Assembly (NCBI GenBank): GCA_034659275.1
Contig: JAYEGY010000013.1
Coordinates: 3,299 to 67,298 of the forward strand
Source of the DNA: Bacteroidota bacterium
GTDB lineage: Bacteria; Bacteroidota; Bacteroidia; Bacteroidales; VadinHA17
Length of the DNA stretch: 64,000 nt
Direction: 5' to 3'
The notes beneath the pieces were generated by a model. It had not been told where the DNA came from. It saw only the letters and a list, made by a program, of their open reading frames with translations, and searched no databases. Below are positions 38,884 to 47,630 of the stretch, piece after piece. Positions within the stretch are counted from its first letter, which is position 1, and each line of letters starts with the position of its first letter. Made by a program: the position numbers and the translations under genes.

Positions 38884-39219
38884 CTAATCAAGCTCAGTCG
38901 ATGGGTCCCAGAATTTTTTCTTAAAGTTGACTATCCGGTCGTTTTCGATCAATGCCCCTTCATTTTCCAGGAGTTGTTGCATGGTGGTTGAATTACCGAA
39001 GTGATGTTTCCCTGTAAGAAGTCCGTTCCTGTTCACCACGCGGTGTGCAGGTATATATTTTTCAAGAGTATGGCAGTTATTGAGAGCCCATCCCACCATG
39101 CGGGCTGATTGTGCAGTGGCAATATAACGGGCTATGGCCCCGTAGGATGTAACCTTACCGCAGGGTATTTTAGCTGTTATCTCGTATACTCTTTGAAAGA
39201 ATGGATTTTCAGTCTTCAT
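38884..39219 (-). CDS. MGMT-family DNA-binding protein lacking the active-site Cys (alkyltransferase-like, ATL)
   Basis: The motif reads IPAHRVV where methyltransferases have IPCHRVV. It consists of the 111-aa DNA-binding domain only. Confidence 0.75.
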   Translation of the reverse strand: MKTENPFFQRVYEITAKIPCGKVTSYGAIARYIATAQSARMVGWALNNCHTLEKYIPAHRVVNRNGLLTGKHHFGNSTTMQQLLENEGALIENDRIVNFKKKFWDPSTELD

Positions 39220-39916
39220 CGGGATCTATTTCGCTTACTGTTCTGTCGTTATCGAGCCTGAAGCAGATATAAGTAATTTTTTTACCGGCGTCAAGGAACA
39301 TTTGCTCATAATGTGTGCGTATCAGTCTACTTTGTCCGGTTTTTTTCTCTGAATACAGGTCAGTAGTACTGCTAACAATATCCAGCTTGTTTTTGTTCAG
39401 CAGCTTAACAGTATAGTCATATAATTGCCGGCTATCGGTCTTGAGGTGAATCAATCCGCCTTTTTTAAGGAATGAGCGGTAACGATTAAGGAAGCGTGAG
39501 CCGGTTAATCTTTTCTTGTTTCTTCTTTTTTTTAGTTGGGGATCGGGGAATGTTAGCCATATTTCATCCACTTCATCCTTATCGAAGAATGATTTTATGA
39601 GCTCGATTCTTGTTCTTAAGAATCCTACATTGTCTATTGATTCTTGTTTTGCCGTAGAGGTACCTTTCCACATCCTGGCCCCTTTTATATCGATGCCAAG
39701 AAAATTCTTTCCGGGGAATTGTTTAGCCATTCCTATTGTATATTCACCCTTGCCGCATCCAAGTTCAAGAGCAAGGGGATTATTATTACCGAAAAAAGCT
39801 TCCTTCCATCTGCCTTTCAGCTCATGATCTTTTCTGAAAACATCTTCAAAACGAGGCTGTATAACATGGGAATATTTTTCCATTTCAGCCCATTTCCTCA
39901 TTTTATTTTTGCCCAA
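39209..39916 (-). CDS. trmB: tRNA (guanine-N7)-methyltransferase
   Basis: SAM motif LELGCGKGEYT and WLTFPDPQLKKR. Confidence 0.85.
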   Translation of the reverse strand: MGKNKMRKWAEMEKYSHVIQPRFEDVFRKDHELKGRWKEAFFGNNNPLALELGCGKGEYTIGMAKQFPGKNFLGIDIKGARMWKGTSTAKQESIDNVGFLRTRIELIKSFFDKDEVDEIWLTFPDPQLKKRRNKKRLTGSRFLNRYRSFLKKGGLIHLKTDSRQLYDYTVKLLNKNKLDIVSSTTDLYSEKKTGQSRLIRTHYEQMFLDAGKKITYICFRLDNDRTVSEIDPDED

Positions 39917-39928
39917 GGTCTCAAAGTT

Positions 39929-40414
39929 TTATTTTGTTCTTTTTCTAACCTGTATTCCGATATCAGTCACACCATCAAGGTCTTTGTCTCTCATACCATG
40001 CTGTATACTAAAGGAATAAATCCCTTCCGCCGGGAACCGGACATTGGTTTTAAAGGGCACGTAGAGGTCATTTACATCACCCAGGCCTGATCCATACCAG
40101 TTTCCTTTTTCGTCGGCCAGTAAATATTCAACGGTATCTTTAATAATCATTTTATCCGGTGATGTGGTCTTAATAAATAGAAAAAGGTTACGATATGGGT
40201 AAGAATTATCGGTTCGTATTATAAGGTTAATGTCAAAGGCACTGGTGGTATCTTCCACGGGCACCTCAAATGTGACTATGTTAGCGGCGTTCCATGTATA
40301 AGCCGGTATTTTTTCACTGTCTGAATAAATATTGCCGGGTTTACAGGATATCAGGCAGGCGGATGATATAAGAACAATGGATATTAAAGAACGGAAATTA
40401 TTATTTGTTTTCAT
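39929..40414 (-). CDS. gldH: Gliding motility lipoprotein GldH
   Basis: I chose the start at MKTNNNFRSLISIVLISSACLISC (lipobox). YPYRNLFLFI...DTVEYLLADEKGNWYGSGLGD...IQHGMR fits the GldH family pattern. The holB-PSP1-gldH synteny is as I recall it. Confidence 0.65.
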   Translation of the reverse strand: MKTNNNFRSLISIVLISSACLISCKPGNIYSDSEKIPAYTWNAANIVTFEVPVEDTTSAFDINLIIRTDNSYPYRNLFLFIKTTSPDKMIIKDTVEYLLADEKGNWYGSGLGDVNDLYVPFKTNVRFPAEGIYSFSIQHGMRDKDLDGVTDIGIQVRKRTK

Positions 40415-41534
40415 TTTTATTTCTTCTTTTTCCCCTTTTGTTTCTTGTTTTCTTTTTATCCTGTTTTTTTTGAAATCTTGTAAGGCTGTCGTTTCCGACA
40501 ACATCATTAAAACTTATTGGGTCAACAGTATCAAAGGCTCTTTCGACCAGTTTATGGGGTTTCTCACCCTTGCGGTTCATTTTCTGTATTTCTGCCACTC
40601 TTTCCACGGGTACGGCAGTCATATTAACATGGTTATCAGGATCGAAGGAATACCAGTAGATTCCCTTATATATTTCCATTTTGAAGAACCAAGCTTTTCC
40701 TTCCTGTGTTTCCAGTGTTTCTTTCGGGGGGAAGGATTTTTGTTTGTCCATGTAACAGTCAAGTTCATAGTTCAGGCAGCATTTCAGTTTCCCGCACTGG
40801 CCTGCCAGTTTCTGGGGGTTGAGTGAGAGGTCCTGGCACCTTGCATGGGTGGTGGTTACGGATATAAAATTGGAGAGGTAGGAAGAGCAGCATAATTCTC
40901 TTCCGCATGATCCTATTCCACCTATCCTGCCTGCTTCCTGGCGGGCCCCTATCTGGCGCATTTCAATTCTGACCCTGAACTGCTCGGCGAGCACTTTTAT
41001 CAGTTGCCTGAAGTCAACTCTTTCGTTTGCTATGTAATAGAATATTGCCTTTGTTTTGTCACCCTGGTATTCAACATCTCCGATTTTCATATCAAGGTTG
41101 AGGTCCTGTGCTATCTGACGGGATTTGAGCATTGCCGGGACTTCCTGTTTTATTGCATCCCTCCATTTCTCGATATCAACGGGCTTGGCCTTGCGGTAAA
41201 TCTTTTTTATATCTTCGGGTTGCGGTACTACTTTTTGTTGCTTTAGCTTTGAGTTTACCAGCCTGCCTGTTATTGACACCCTGCCAATGTCGTGACCCGG
41301 TGATGCTTCAACGGCAACAACGTCACCTTCTTCCAGCCGTAGATTGTTTACATTGCGATAGAATCCTTTTCGTGTATTTTTGAAGCTTATCTCCACAATG
41401 TCAGTTTCATGACCGGTTTCGGGTATATCTGACAGCCAGTTTAAAGAATTAAGTTTATGATCATCTTGCCGGTATATTGGTTCTTCAGGAATATGATTTT
41501 TATCCTCTACTGTTTTTTTCTCCTCGCTATCCAT
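40401..41534 (-). CDS. PSP1-domain protein (RicT / YaaT-like)
   Basis: Cys-rich PSP1 core GSCGRELCCSSYL...CGKLKCCLNYE with a basic Lys-rich tail. Confidence 0.8.
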   Translation of the reverse strand: MDSEEKKTVEDKNHIPEEPIYRQDDHKLNSLNWLSDIPETGHETDIVEISFKNTRKGFYRNVNNLRLEEGDVVAVEASPGHDIGRVSITGRLVNSKLKQQKVVPQPEDIKKIYRKAKPVDIEKWRDAIKQEVPAMLKSRQIAQDLNLDMKIGDVEYQGDKTKAIFYYIANERVDFRQLIKVLAEQFRVRIEMRQIGARQEAGRIGGIGSCGRELCCSSYLSNFISVTTTHARCQDLSLNPQKLAGQCGKLKCCLNYELDCYMDKQKSFPPKETLETQEGKAWFFKMEIYKGIYWYSFDPDNHVNMTAVPVERVAEIQKMNRKGEKPHKLVERAFDTVDPISFNDVVGNDSLTRFQKKQDKKKTRNKRGKRRNKNENK

Positions 41535-41552
41535 TATCTCGTCATTTTAATC

Positions 41553-41570
41553 CCCCGCAAACACGGGGGT
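41553..41570. repeat. GC hairpin CCCCCG-caaaca-CGGGGG between holB and the PSP1 gene
   Basis: Perfect 6-bp GC stem in AT-rich surroundings, 19 nt upstream of the PSP1 ATG (41534). It may act as a holB terminator or attenuator, or as a leader structure. Confidence 0.4.
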
Positions 41571-41663
41571 GCTTTTATATAGTGTATAATTGCCTTGTAA
41601 AACCAGGCAAATTTAATTATAATTTGATTTAATATCAATTCTTTATTACTCCAGTATTAAGAC

Positions 41664-42794
41664 TTAGCGGATCAGCCCTGATATCTTCAGTGCAAGGTCA
41701 AGAAAGATAATTTTGGGATTGCCGTTGGCTGCTATGTGAGAATAAGCTGTTGAGAATTCATTATTCAGACCTGTAATATTATTATGGTTTATAAAATACT
41801 TGAATTTCCCGGCAAATTCAGCTTCCTTCCCTTCGAGCAATACCAGTTTATCTTCATTCCCGGCAATATTAAGGATATAATTCTCACGAAGCTGCGAAAG
41901 GGAATAGCTCAGGAATCCTTTTTGTGCTTCTCTTCCCTTTGTGGCTATTTCTTCCGACCATTCGGCCAGAGCGGGAATATCTCTTTTATATGCAAGCCTC
42001 ATCAGTTGAATAAAACTTGTAAGATTTTTTTTCCTTAATTCATTCTCTTCAATAAATTCAGAAGCCCGGAGATAATTACCCTGTGAAAGGTGAGCAATCA
42101 TGCCGGCTTTACGTTCATCAAGATTACACACTGTTTTAATATGGTCCCTGAGGGCAACGCGGTTTATTGAAGGTATCCTCACAAACTGGCATCTTGACAT
42201 AATAGTGGGTAATATCAGGTCAGGTTGTTCAGATACAAGAAGGAAGAGTGTTTTATCAGGTGGCTCTTCAATCAGTTTAAGTAATTTATTTGCCGTGGCA
42301 GCATGCATTCTTTCAGGCATCCATATAATCATAATTTTATAGTCAGACTCATAAGTTTTGAGGCTCAGTTTTTTAATTATTTCACCTGCTTCTGATGCAT
42401 ATATCAGTCCCTGCTGGTTCTTAATCCCTATCTCTGCCAGCCATTGGTTAAGGTTGAAATAAGGCGATCTGTTAACAAATGCCCGCCATTCAGAGATGTA
42501 AGTATCGCAAACGGTTTCCCCTGATCCTTTATTTATTACAGGGTAAACAAAGTGAAGGTCGGGATGTACCAGCCTGCCATATTTTATGCATGAAGGGCAG
42601 GTACCGCAGGAATCATTACCCTGCCTGCTTTCACAGGATATATATTGGGCGAAGGCAATAGCAAGAGCCAGCTTTCCACATCCCTCCGGCCCTGCAAATA
42701 TCTGGGCGTGACTTACCCTTTCCTCTTTAACCGATCTTGTAAGTTTATTTATTATTTCATCCTGTCCAACTACGTCTGAAAACTTCATTTTCAT
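41664..42794 (-). CDS. holB: DNA polymerase III subunit delta'
   Basis: AAA+ N-terminus FAGPEGCGKLALAIAFAQYISC and a zinc module CGTCPSC. Confidence 0.8.
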   Translation of the reverse strand: MKMKFSDVVGQDEIINKLTRSVKEERVSHAQIFAGPEGCGKLALAIAFAQYISCESRQGNDSCGTCPSCIKYGRLVHPDLHFVYPVINKGSGETVCDTYISEWRAFVNRSPYFNLNQWLAEIGIKNQQGLIYASEAGEIIKKLSLKTYESDYKIMIIWMPERMHAATANKLLKLIEEPPDKTLFLLVSEQPDLILPTIMSRCQFVRIPSINRVALRDHIKTVCNLDERKAGMIAHLSQGNYLRASEFIEENELRKKNLTSFIQLMRLAYKRDIPALAEWSEEIATKGREAQKGFLSYSLSQLRENYILNIAGNEDKLVLLEGKEAEFAGKFKYFINHNNITGLNNEFSTAYSHIAANGNPKIIFLDLALKISGLIR

Positions 42795-42808
42795 GTTTTT
42801 AGTAGCAA

Positions 42809-42816
42809 CAAAAATA
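42809..42816 (-). promoter_or_regulatory. -7 box TATTTTTG (minus strand) for holB
   Basis: CAAAAATA on the plus strand, 15 nt upstream of the ATG at 42794, which implies a very short leader. Confidence 0.3.
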
Positions 42817-42976
42817 GAAAATAAGATTCATTTTTGATGAAAATATTGTAGGTTTGTATATCGTTTTAATAATATGTTTTAAAATATCTTAATTAATATA
42901 TATTATTAATTTACAGGCCTTTCTTATTACGCCGGTTCTTTGGGGTCTGATAATCTAACTAAAAAAAATACAGGTA

Positions 42977-44173
42977 ATGAAAAACATCAACAGTTATAGT
43001 TTCAAGGATAAAAAAGCTATTGTAAGAGTGGATTTCAATGTTCCTCTTAACAGTAATTTCGAGGTGACAGATAATACCAGGATAAAGGGAGCACTGCCAA
43101 CAATAAAAAAGATTGTGGAAGATGGTGGTGCAGCTGTTCTTATGTCACACCTGGGACGACCTAAAGAAGGGCCTGAAGAAAAGTTTTCGCTGAAGCATGT
43201 TGTCCCTGAACTGGAAAAACTGATAGACAGGCAAGTCAAATTTGCGCCTGACTGTATAGGCGATGAAACATTGAAAACAAAGAAGAGCCTGAAACCCGGA
43301 GATATCTTATTGCTGGAGAACCTGAGGTTTTATAAGGAAGAAACAAAAGGAGATGAAGATTTTGCTGCTGAGCTTGCTGAAGGCTGTGATGTTTATGTGA
43401 ATGACGCTTTCGGTACAGCCCACAGAGCCCACGCATCCACTACTATTGTGGCATGTTACTTCCCTGATGAGAAACTCTTCGGATTTCTTATTAACAAGGA
43501 ACTTGAAAGTATGGATAAGGTCATGTACGACTCGGAAAAACCATTTACCGCTATTATGGGCGGAGCCAAGGTATCGGACAAGATCCTTATAATGGAGAAC
43601 CTTCTGGACAGGGTTGATAACCTGATAATAGGAGGGGCGATGGCTTATACATTCATTAAGGCCCGGGGAGGCAAGATAGGAGATTCCCTTTGTGAAGAAG
43701 ATAAGATGGACACAGCTATTGATATTATTGAGTCAGCCCGGGAGAAAAACGTGAATATTTACCTGCCCGAAGACAGTATTATTGCTGATAAGTTAGATGA
43801 GGAGGCTAAAACCTCTCAATCCGATTCAGACTCTATTGATGAAGGCTGGATGGGCCTGGATATAGGAGAAAAAGCAATTGAAGAATATAAAAAGGTTATC
43901 AAAGAGTCAAAGACCATATTATGGAACGGACCCATGGGGGTCTTTGAAATAGAAAAATTTTCCAGGGGAACAAGTGAAATAGCAAATGCTATTGCCGAAG
44001 CAAGTGGTAAAGGTGCTTTCAGCCTTATAGGGGGAGGCGATTCAGTTGCTGCAATAAATAAAAACCAGCTCGCTGATGAGGTAAGTTATGTGTCGACAGG
44101 CGGCGGTGCCATGCTTGAGTATATGGAGGGTAAGGTACTACCCGGCATTGCTGCTATCAGGGGTGATGAGTAA
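42977..44173 (+). CDS. pgk: Phosphoglycerate kinase
   Basis: VRVDFNVPL, MSHLGRPK and GGGDS motifs, 398 aa. Confidence 0.95.
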   Translation: MKNINSYSFKDKKAIVRVDFNVPLNSNFEVTDNTRIKGALPTIKKIVEDGGAAVLMSHLGRPKEGPEEKFSLKHVVPELEKLIDRQVKFAPDCIGDETLKTKKSLKPGDILLLENLRFYKEETKGDEDFAAELAEGCDVYVNDAFGTAHRAHASTTIVACYFPDEKLFGFLINKELESMDKVMYDSEKPFTAIMGGAKVSDKILIMENLLDRVDNLIIGGAMAYTFIKARGGKIGDSLCEEDKMDTAIDIIESAREKNVNIYLPEDSIIADKLDEEAKTSQSDSDSIDEGWMGLDIGEKAIEEYKKVIKESKTILWNGPMGVFEIEKFSRGTSEIANAIAEASGKGAFSLIGGGDSVAAINKNQLADEVSYVSTGGGAMLEYMEGKVLPGIAAIRGDE

Positions 44174-44178
44174 AAATT

Positions 44179-44736
44179 ATGTGGAAAGCTACACGAATAT
44201 ATTTATTTTTAGGCCTGGCCATCCTGTCGGGCATGGTGGTTTCATGTGATAAGGAACCCGGAAAAACAAATGCCGGGGAGTTTACCATTGATAATACCCT
44301 TTACGGCTTTGGACCTTATTATGCCATTGGTTATTCATTTGAACTGGGATGTGAACTGAAAACAAGCGACTCACCTCCTCCCGATATTACAGTTCACGCC
44401 AGGACTGATGCCCAGGGTAATGTCTCAGGTGCCTATCTCGACACACCTAACCTTACCGAGTCGTATGCCCTGGCAAGGGATTTTAATACATCAGCCGAAG
44501 CAAAGGACTTTTTTGATAACCTGCTCCAGGTGGGTACATACACCTGGGTGCTTTTTGCAGATGGTATCAGTGAATACCAGGTTTATATTTTCAAAACCAG
44601 GGAGGATAATTATGTTAAATTCTGGATAAAAAACCTGGTTCTGGACGATACAGACGATACAGCAGATGGTGCATATGCAGAGGTTACCATTGAATGGAGG
44701 ATACAACCTGACGGCTCACCTACCTTTTCTAAGTAA
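44179..44736 (+). CDS. Hypothetical lipoprotein
   Basis: Signal plus lipobox GMVVSC. I recognise no family. It starts 5 nt after pgk and overlaps the next gene as TAATG. Confidence 0.6.
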   Translation: MWKATRIYLFLGLAILSGMVVSCDKEPGKTNAGEFTIDNTLYGFGPYYAIGYSFELGCELKTSDSPPPDITVHARTDAQGNVSGAYLDTPNLTESYALARDFNTSAEAKDFFDNLLQVGTYTWVLFADGISEYQVYIFKTREDNYVKFWIKNLVLDDTDDTADGAYAEVTIEWRIQPDGSPTFSK

Positions 44737-45716
44737 TGGATACACTTGTACGTGACGTGTTCAATATATCCTCGGAAGATGATTTTACCGGAACAGCTCT
44801 GGAAATATTCAGATTCCAGGCAGTGAATAACCCTGTTTATTCGCGATGGATTAATGAATTGGGAGTGGATTGCCAAAGGGTGGAAGAAATAAACGATATA
44901 CCATTCCTGCCTATCTCCGTTTTCAGGAATCATAAGGTGCTTACAGCCAGACTCGAGGCTGAAAAAATCTTTGTCAGCAGTGGTACCACGGGAATGGAGA
45001 ACAGCAAACATTATGTAGCCGACCTGGGTATATACCAGGAAAGCTTCACTACCTGCTTCAGGATTTTTTACGGTGAGATAAGTGATTACGTTATTCTTGG
45101 CCTTCTCCCCTCTTACCTTGAGCGGGAAGGATCATCACTGGTGTATATGGTAAATGGACTGATTGAACTGAGTGGTTCTGAAATGAGTGGCTTCTTCCTT
45201 GATGATTACCGGTCACTCAGAGCAAGTATAGAACTGTTGAGTGAGAAGGGCAGGAGAATAGTATTAATAGGGGTGAGTTTTGCCTTACTTGATTTTGCGG
45301 AGTACAGTGCAATGGACATGAAAAATCATATTGTTATGGAGACAGGTGGGATGAAGGGCAGAAGAGAAGAAATGACACGGGAAGAACTTCACTCAATACT
45401 GAGGAAAAGCTTTAAGCTTGACCATATACATTCAGAATACGGGATGACAGAATTATTGAGCCAGGCTTATTCCAGAGAAGGAGGGATATACAATCCCCCT
45501 CCATGGATGAAGGTTATCATACGTGACCCTCATGATCCCTTTGCTTTTTACGGGCACGAAAGGACAGGAGGACTTAATGTAATAGACCTGGCAAATATTT
45601 ATTCGTGTTCATTCATCGAAACCGATGATCTTGGAGTATCACACCCTGACGGCAGTTTCGAGATAGCAGGTCGCTTTGACAGCAGCGATATCAGGGGTTG
45701 TAACCTTCTGATATAG
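44736..45716 (+). CDS. LuxE-like acyl-protein synthetase / acyl transferase family protein
   Basis: N-terminal FRFQAVNNPVYSRWINELG...IPFLPISVFRNHKV and SSGTTG resemble the Bacteroidota 'acyl transferase' (LuxE-like) proteins as I recall them. Confidence 0.55.
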   Translation: MDTLVRDVFNISSEDDFTGTALEIFRFQAVNNPVYSRWINELGVDCQRVEEINDIPFLPISVFRNHKVLTARLEAEKIFVSSGTTGMENSKHYVADLGIYQESFTTCFRIFYGEISDYVILGLLPSYLEREGSSLVYMVNGLIELSGSEMSGFFLDDYRSLRASIELLSEKGRRIVLIGVSFALLDFAEYSAMDMKNHIVMETGGMKGRREEMTREELHSILRKSFKLDHIHSEYGMTELLSQAYSREGGIYNPPPWMKVIIRDPHDPFAFYGHERTGGLNVIDLANIYSCSFIETDDLGVSHPDGSFEIAGRFDSSDIRGCNLLI

Positions 45717-45787
45717 CAGGGGGCAGGGGGCAGGGGGCAGGGACTCAAAACTCCCTGCACCCTGCTCCTTGCTCCCTGCATCCTGCA
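45717..45787. repeat. Heptamer-periodic long hairpin filling a convergent intergenic gap
   Basis: CAGGGGG x3.5 (45717-45742), a loop, then CCCTGCN x5 (45753-45787). By hand, 16-43 pairs with 52-79, giving about 28 bp with 1 mismatch and 3 G-U pairs on the plus-strand RNA. Confidence 0.85.
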
Positions 45788-45788
45788 G

Positions 45789-46997
45789 TTAAATTCCCAG
45801 TTTCTGCCTGATATGGTCGGGCACGGCATCTTTGTGGACCATAATGAATATGACCTTTGCCTTAACATAGCTCTCGGACATATTAAGATAGCCTCCGAAC
45901 TTATTCCGTTCAGTGCCCCATGAATTTTTGGTTATATAGTATTTAGTGCCGTTCTGGTCTTTAACAATACCTGTTACATGCATAAGGTGGTCATCGGTTG
46001 TTACGAACCTTTCATAGCCTTCCTGCCTTATTTCCTGCGTAACATTCACTTCAGGGAAGGGTTTCTCAAATTTATATACTTCTTCAAGGCGCTCATCCCT
46101 TGACATATCTTCAAATCGTGCCCTGTCAGTTTCTGATAAATCTTCCGGTTTTGACACATCAGGATTAATAGCTACGCCATTGGTATGGGAGAATCCCTTT
46201 TCACTGACGTCACCATCCCAGTCTACCGTATAATCGTTTTCCAGGGCATAATCCATTATTTCAATCAGCTCGTCAATAGGGACATTGTATATTTCTTCAT
46301 GCCTCCAGTTATCCCGTACTTCAATCTGGTCTTTAGTATAGAAAGGGAAATGGGTGAATGAGGTGATCTCCACGTAATCATCAGGATTTATTCCCAGGCT
46401 CTCGGCGAAACTTTGTGGTGTATATGACTGGCCCTTGTAAGTGAAATTTTGAGGTATTTCACCCAGGTATGCATCAAGTACTGCATCGACTATTTCGTAA
46501 TACTCTTCAGATCGATTTCTCCTTTCAATAGCTACCGGTGCAATGGCATTGACGAAGGCATTCAGTTCACTGTGATTATGGGTTTCCGAATCATAGTTAA
46601 TACCTGAGTACACTTCTTCAGGCACCATCCCATGGTCTGAGAAAACTTCCATCCAGTCATGGGAGAGGCTTCCCTGGCCCAGGTTACCTTTTCCCCTCCT
46701 GAGGTAATTATCCTCGAGCCTGTCAACATAATTATGACGTACTATAAACATCTCAGAAAGGTTGTATTCTCCCTTGTTTATACGCATAAGTTCCGATTCA
46801 ACAAAGGACGTTGTGGCAAAGCACCAACATGTGCCTGATCGTGACTGGTTTTTAACCGGTGTAGCATCAAGGCTTACAATGGTAGTAAATTTATAACCTT
46901 CAGGCTGGTCATCTTTCTGTGTCCTCTTCTCCTGTGCACTGGCATTGAGGAAAAGAAAAGCAATTAAAAAAATGCTAATTATTTTTAATTTCATCAT
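45789..46997 (-). CDS. Secreted C1-family cysteine peptidase (aminopeptidase C / bleomycin-hydrolase-like)
   Basis: Signal peptide and the catalytic region QSRSGTCWCFATTSF. Confidence 0.8.
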   Translation of the reverse strand: MMKLKIISIFLIAFLFLNASAQEKRTQKDDQPEGYKFTTIVSLDATPVKNQSRSGTCWCFATTSFVESELMRINKGEYNLSEMFIVRHNYVDRLEDNYLRRGKGNLGQGSLSHDWMEVFSDHGMVPEEVYSGINYDSETHNHSELNAFVNAIAPVAIERRNRSEEYYEIVDAVLDAYLGEIPQNFTYKGQSYTPQSFAESLGINPDDYVEITSFTHFPFYTKDQIEVRDNWRHEEIYNVPIDELIEIMDYALENDYTVDWDGDVSEKGFSHTNGVAINPDVSKPEDLSETDRARFEDMSRDERLEEVYKFEKPFPEVNVTQEIRQEGYERFVTTDDHLMHVTGIVKDQNGTKYYITKNSWGTERNKFGGYLNMSESYVKAKVIFIMVHKDAVPDHIRQKLGI

Positions 46998-47100
46998 GAT
47001 TAAGAGTTTTTGATTTTAAGTGCCAAATTAAGATTTTATTGTGATAATTTCATTAAATATGTTCATTAACATTAATACATTTAGTATTCAGAGGGTGTTT

Positions 47101-47140
47101 AGTTATTCAGTTATTCAGTTATTCAGTTATTCAGTTGTTC
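47101..47140. repeat. 8-bp tandem repeat AGTTATTC x5 (last copy AGTTGTTC)
   Basis: Read directly. The reverse complement GAATAACT resembles the GAATAATG/GAATGATG units of the cassette arms at 1202-1321. Confidence 0.9.
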
Positions 47141-47166
47141 ATTTCTAAGTATATTATTTAATTCAT

Positions 47167-47202
47167 AATTAATACTTCCTAATTAATACTTCCTAATTGC
47201 CT
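47167..47202. repeat. 14-bp tandem repeat AATTAATACTTCCT x2 plus a partial third copy
   Basis: Copies at 47167-47180 and 47181-47194, then AATTGCCT. Confidence 0.85.
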
Positions 47203-47235
47203 CATCCCGAAGTCTCGGGGACTCGCACTGCTCGG
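47200..47235. repeat. GC-rich hairpin island directly after the yraN stop
   Basis: CCTCATCCCGAAGTCTCGGGGACTCGCACTGCTCGG with a hairpin CCCGA-agtc-TCGGG (47206-47219). The CTCATCCCGA(A/G)G word also occurs in the reverse complement of 1236-1247. TTAATACTT flanks both sides. Confidence 0.7.
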
Positions 47236-47245
47236 TTAATACTTT

Positions 47246-47608
47246 TCAAAGTGTTGGATAGAAGGCATCCTTTACATGCTCCAGTTCGTGTTTTGGTCCG
47301 TCCATGATTATAGATATAATATCAAACCGAGCTTCCTTTTCAATCTCATTGCGCTGGATATATGTTTGTGCCGCGTAAATCATATTGCGTTGTTTGGGCA
47401 CTGACACCGCCTCTCGGGGGTGCACCTGAAAATCGGCCATCCTGGTTTTTACTTCGATAAATATTATAAATTCATCATCTTCGGCTATAATATCTATTTC
47501 TTTCCGTCCCGTAAGCCAGTTTTTCTCAATGACCCGGTAGCCGTTATCCTTAAGATACTTTAATGCCAGTTGTTCGCCATTTTTACCCAGGGAATGAGAT
47601 TTTGCCAT
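47246..47608 (-). CDS. YraN-family (UPF0102) endonuclease-like protein
   Basis: GEQLALKYLKDNGYRVIEKNW...GRKEIDIIA...IIFIEVKTR, 120 aa. Confidence 0.8.
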   Translation of the reverse strand: MAKSHSLGKNGEQLALKYLKDNGYRVIEKNWLTGRKEIDIIAEDDEFIIFIEVKTRMADFQVHPREAVSVPKQRNMIYAAQTYIQRNEIEKEARFDIISIIMDGPKHELEHVKDAFYPTL

Positions 47609-47630
47609 AATTCTGATATCATATAATAGT

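Noticed and set aside
41553-41570. GC hairpin as a plus-strand terminator (it is followed by a T-rich stretch on the plus strand)
   Set aside because: No plus-strand gene lies upstream of it, since both neighbours are on the minus strand. It is kept only as a possible minus-strand leader or attenuator structure, or a member of the repeat family.
45599-45868. 89-aa minus-strand ORF and the 64-aa ORF at 49238..49432 (+)
   Set aside because: Both are open only because they run through GC-rich repeat islands. They overlap well-supported genes or repeats and have no family features.
47101-47202. Tandem repeats (also 45717..45787) as a CRISPR array
   Set aside because: The repeat units are 7-14 bp and directly abutting, with no spacers. 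There are no cas genes.
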